In this document: one piece after another, positions 60,677 through 64,000 of the stretch
Numbering within the stretch: the stretch's first letter is position 1
Layout: every line of letters starts with the position of its first letter
From: Terriglobia bacterium
GTDB taxonomy: Bacteria; Acidobacteriota; Terriglobia; 20CM-2-55-15
DNA: 64,000 bases
NCBI GenBank assembly: GCA_963664115.2
Contig: CAXWPJ010000012.1
Location: 64,001 to 128,000 of the forward strand
Direction of reading: 5' to 3'
Notes under the pieces: generated by a model
Seen by the model: only the letters and a program-made list of their open reading frames with translations
The model's database searches: none
What the model was told of the DNA's origin: nothing
Made by a program: the position numbers and the translations under genes

Positions 60677-62449
60677 TTAACTATTCGCCTGCAGTTCCTG
60701 CTCCCTGTACTGCAGTTGATAGAGCTTAAAGTACAGACCGCGCTGGGCCAGTAGCTCCTGATGGGAACCAATCTCCCGGATCCGGCCCTTGTGCATAACG
60801 ATGATCTTGTCACAGCGCTGTATCGTAGAAAGCCGGTGCGCAATAATGATCGAGGTCCGCCCGCGCATCAATCGTTCGATCGCCGTTCGGATCTCGCCCT
60901 CGGTCTCGGTATCCACGCTCGAGGTCGCCTCGTCGAGAATCAATATTTCCGGATCGTGCGCCAATGCCCGTGCGAACGCGAGGAGCTGGCGCTGCCCGAC
61001 AGATAACGTTGTGCCCCGCTCGTTGACTGGATGCTCCAGCCCCTCCTCCAGGGAACGAATGAATGGCCCCAGATTGACGTCTTCGGTAGCCTGGCGCACT
61101 CTCGCCGGCGATATTTCCGATCCGAGCCGGATATTGGATTCCAGCGTTCCGGAAAATACGAATACATCCTGCAATACAACCGCGAAGCGCCGTCGCATGT
61201 CGCTCAGGTCCATTGCTGAAATGTCGACTCCATCGAGCAGAATCCGCCCCTTTTGTATGTCGTAGAAACGTGTCAGAAGACTCGAGATGGTTGTCTTCCC
61301 TGCCCCTGTGTGTCCGACGATGGCAACGGATTCGCCCTCCCCGACTCGAAACGATACGTCCTTGAGGATCCAATCCTCGTCGTTGTATGCGAACCAGACG
61401 TTCTGAAATTCGATCTCGCCACGCGCCTCAGCGATTGCCCTTGGCGAGGCCGGCGAAACGACCGTTGGAGGGGTGTCGAGCAAATTGAAAATACGTTCGG
61501 AACTCGCCATCGCGGACTGCAGGATGTTGTATTTTTCACTCAGGTCCGCAATCGGGCGGAAAAATCGCTGGGAATACTGAATGAAAGCAATCAGGGTCCC
61601 GAGGGTCAGAATGCCTGTGAGCACCTCGCCGCCTCCGTACCAGATGATCAATGCGATTGCGGTCGCGCTCAGCAGTTCGACGACGGGATAAAAGACGGCG
61701 TACGCCATGATGGAGTCGAGCGTCGCACCCAGATGCTCGCGATTGATGCCGTCAAACCTCTGGGCGCTCTTACGCTCCCGGTTGTAGAGCTGCACGACGC
61801 TCATTCCGGTGATGTGTTCCTGGAGAAATGCATTGATCTTGGCGATCGCGATCCGCACCCGGCGGTAGCCATCGCGCGCGCTCGTTCGGAAAACGGCCGT
61901 GGTAATGCCTATAAACGGAATGATCCCCAGAACAATCAGTCCCAGGCGCCAGTCCAGGACCAGCAAGACGATCATGATACCGGTGAGCGTGAATATATCC
62001 CCGAAGACCGATACGATGCCGGATGAAAACATTTCGTTAAGAACATCGACGTCTGTCGTAACCCGCGTAATCAGTCGACCCACGGGATTGCGATCGAAGA
62101 AACTGTTCGACAGGCTCTGAATGTGGTTGAAGATCTCGCGTCTCATGTCAAACATGATTCGCTGACCCGTGCTCTGAAGCGTATAGGTCTGCAGGAAACC
62201 GATACCGTACTTCGCAACCAGCAGACCGAAATAGACTGCAGCAATCAGCCCGAGCCCACTCATGTCACCGGCAAGGATGTAGTTGTCGACAGCCACCAGC
62301 GTCAGCCATGGGAAACTGATTTCAATCAGGGACTCGACAATGATCAGGAGGAAAGCAAACAGGACCATAGCTCGGTACGGCAGCAGATAGACCAGCAGCC
62401 GTCGCATCAGGTGGGCATCATAGGCCTTTCCAAGTACTTCTTCTTTCAT
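60677..62449 (-). CDS. ABC exporter, fused permease/ATPase (MdlB-like)
   Basis: GHTGAGKT, LSVGQRQ, DEATS. Confidence 0.92.
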   Translation of the reverse strand: MKEEVLGKAYDAHLMRRLLVYLLPYRAMVLFAFLLIIVESLIEISFPWLTLVAVDNYILAGDMSGLGLIAAVYFGLLVAKYGIGFLQTYTLQSTGQRIMFDMRREIFNHIQSLSNSFFDRNPVGRLITRVTTDVDVLNEMFSSGIVSVFGDIFTLTGIMIVLLVLDWRLGLIVLGIIPFIGITTAVFRTSARDGYRRVRIAIAKINAFLQEHITGMSVVQLYNRERKSAQRFDGINREHLGATLDSIMAYAVFYPVVELLSATAIALIIWYGGGEVLTGILTLGTLIAFIQYSQRFFRPIADLSEKYNILQSAMASSERIFNLLDTPPTVVSPASPRAIAEARGEIEFQNVWFAYNDEDWILKDVSFRVGEGESVAIVGHTGAGKTTISSLLTRFYDIQKGRILLDGVDISAMDLSDMRRRFAVVLQDVFVFSGTLESNIRLGSEISPARVRQATEDVNLGPFIRSLEEGLEHPVNERGTTLSVGQRQLLAFARALAHDPEILILDEATSSVDTETEGEIRTAIERLMRGRTSIIIAHRLSTIQRCDKIIVMHKGRIREIGSHQELLAQRGLYFKLYQLQYREQELQANS

Positions 62450-62455
62450 GACGCT

Positions 62456-64000
62456 TCAGTCACTGATCGCCAGCTCCTCTTCCAACAACTGCCGCTGGTG
62501 GAGTTCCGCGTACTGGCCGCCAAGCGCCAGCAATGCGTCATGGCTACCCCGTTCGACGATTGCCCCACCGTCGAGCACAACAATTTCGTCGGCGTCTTTC
62601 ACCGTCGATACCCTGTGGCTGATAAGGATCGAAGTCCGATCCCGCATGACGGCGCGAAGTTCGTGCAGGATCTGCTCCTCTGTGTAGGTGTCGACGCTGG
62701 AAAGCGCATCGTCGAGGATTAGAATCCTGGGATCGCGGACCACGGCGCGGGATATCGCGGTGCGCTGCTTCTGGCCTCCGGACAAGGTAATGCCCCGCTC
62801 GCCGACCATGGTCTCAAAGGCCATCGGAAACTCTTCTATATCGCTTTTTATGTTTGATATACGCGCCGCATCTTCAACTTGTTCATTAGATGCCCCATCG
62901 ATGCCAAAGGCAATGTTTTCGAAGATCGTCTCGCCAAAGAGAAAGGTGTCCTGAGGGATGAACCCGATTGCACGACGGAGGCGCTCAAGGGGAAAACGTT
63001 CAACAGGAATCCCATCGATGAACACGGTTTGCTCCGGCGGGTCGTAAAGACGCGGAATGAGCTGGGCCAGCGTGGACTTGCCCGAGCCAGTCGCACCCAC
63101 AATGGCGAGCGTCTTCCCTTGCGGGACCCGCAAGGAAACATCCCGCAGCACGGGAGTATGGTTATAGGCAAAGCTGAGGTGCCTCAGTTCAATTTCGCCG
63201 CGAATTTCGTCATCAACGCAATCGGGCGTGTCCGCGATCTCGGGGACGGCATTCAGAATGTGGTCCAGTCGCGCCATCGACGCCCGGCCGCGCTCAAGCA
63301 GGTTGACCACCCACCCCACCGCGATCATCGGAAAAGCCAGCATTCCCAGATACACAGTGAATGCGACGAAATCACCCAGGGTGATGACGCCGGAAACCAC
63401 CTGGCGCCCGCCAAACCAGAGCACCACAACGGCCGCGAAGCCGATCGTGAACTGCATCGTGGGATAGAACAGACTGGTCACTCGGATCAAATCCATGTTC
63501 TTTTCCAGCAAGCGTTGATTCAAGCCGTCAAAGGCCTCTTTTTCATGCTCTTCCTGCACAAAGACTTTCACAACACGGATTCCCGCCAAGCTCTCCTGCA
63601 CACGGGCACTGAGGTCGGCCAGTCGCTGTTGCGACTCCTCACTCAGGCGATGAATGCGCTTACCGAACTTCCTGACCCCGTACGATATGAGCGGCAGCGG
63701 GAGCAGAGCCACAAGGGTCAACCGCCAGTCGATGCTCAACATGAGCACGATGGCGATCGTCGTTGTGGCGATGGTGTTCGCGGTGTACATGATCCCTGGG
63801 CCCAGCAGCATGCGCACGTTGCTCAAATCGTTCGTCGCCCGTGACATGAGATCGCCCGTAAAGTTCTTCTGGTAATACGAGAGCTCGAGCGTCTCCATAT
63901 GTTCGAAAACATCGGCCCGGAGGTGGTACTCGATCCGGCGGGAGACGCCGATCATCAGCCATCGCATCAGAAATCGCGCAATTCCCTGCAAGACGGTCAA
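62456..64000 (-). CDS. ABC exporter, fused permease/ATPase (MdlA-like), 5'-truncated by the window edge
   Basis: TGDLMSRATND, GATGSGKS, LSGGQKQR, degenerate DDALS. Confidence 0.92.
   Translation of the reverse strand: MTVLQGIARFLMRWLMIGVSRRIEYHLRADVFEHMETLELSYYQKNFTGDLMSRATNDLSNVRMLLGPGIMYTANTIATTTIAIVLMLSIDWRLTLVALLPLPLISYGVRKFGKRIHRLSEESQQRLADLSARVQESLAGIRVVKVFVQEEHEKEAFDGLNQRLLEKNMDLIRVTSLFYPTMQFTIGFAAVVVLWFGGRQVVSGVITLGDFVAFTVYLGMLAFPMIAVGWVVNLLERGRASMARLDHILNAVPEIADTPDCVDDEIRGEIELRHLSFAYNHTPVLRDVSLRVPQGKTLAIVGATGSGKSTLAQLIPRLYDPPEQTVFIDGIPVERFPLERLRRAIGFIPQDTFLFGETIFENIAFGIDGASNEQVEDAARISNIKSDIEEFPMAFETMVGERGITLSGGQKQRTAISRAVVRDPRILILDDALSSVDTYTEEQILHELRAVMRDRTSILISHRVSTVKDADEIVVLDGGAIVERGSHDALLALGGQYAELHQRQLLEEELAISD

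Noticed and set aside
1-64000. CRISPR array, cas genes, prophage, rRNA
   Set aside because: No regularly spaced direct repeats and no cas, phage or rRNA signatures noticed on manual reading

Overview
Bacterial chromosomal window, mostly housekeeping. Gene content (standalone Gly/Pro-rich TonB, valS-nadC-birA-coaX run, def-fmt-PASTA-rpe-bamD, repeat-rich MlaD) suggests an Acidobacteriota member; this is inference, no search was run. Recognisable genes: rpsA, rpmE-prfA-prmC, rnpB, rluD/lspA, thiolase/hbd, recA, a type-2 ileS, tRNA-Phe, tag, egtB-like/egtD, a peptide ABC importer, aroC, mlaEFD, greA, a Lol/MacB-like cluster and an MdlAB-type exporter. Two complete IS elements are present (IS256 and IS1380 families, with IRs and target duplications visible). 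Top observation: a ~200-nt non-coding element occurs twice (45280-45480 on - and 51102-51292 on +). The copies share long identical blocks and compensatory base changes, and each has three hairpins with GGA in the loop. It is a candidate structured ncRNA family that I do not recognise. Also notable: a 26-bp palindromic insert in P12 of RNase P RNA, a GIHH-motif IleRS2, and an IS256 that replaced the C-terminal strand of an outer-membrane protein.
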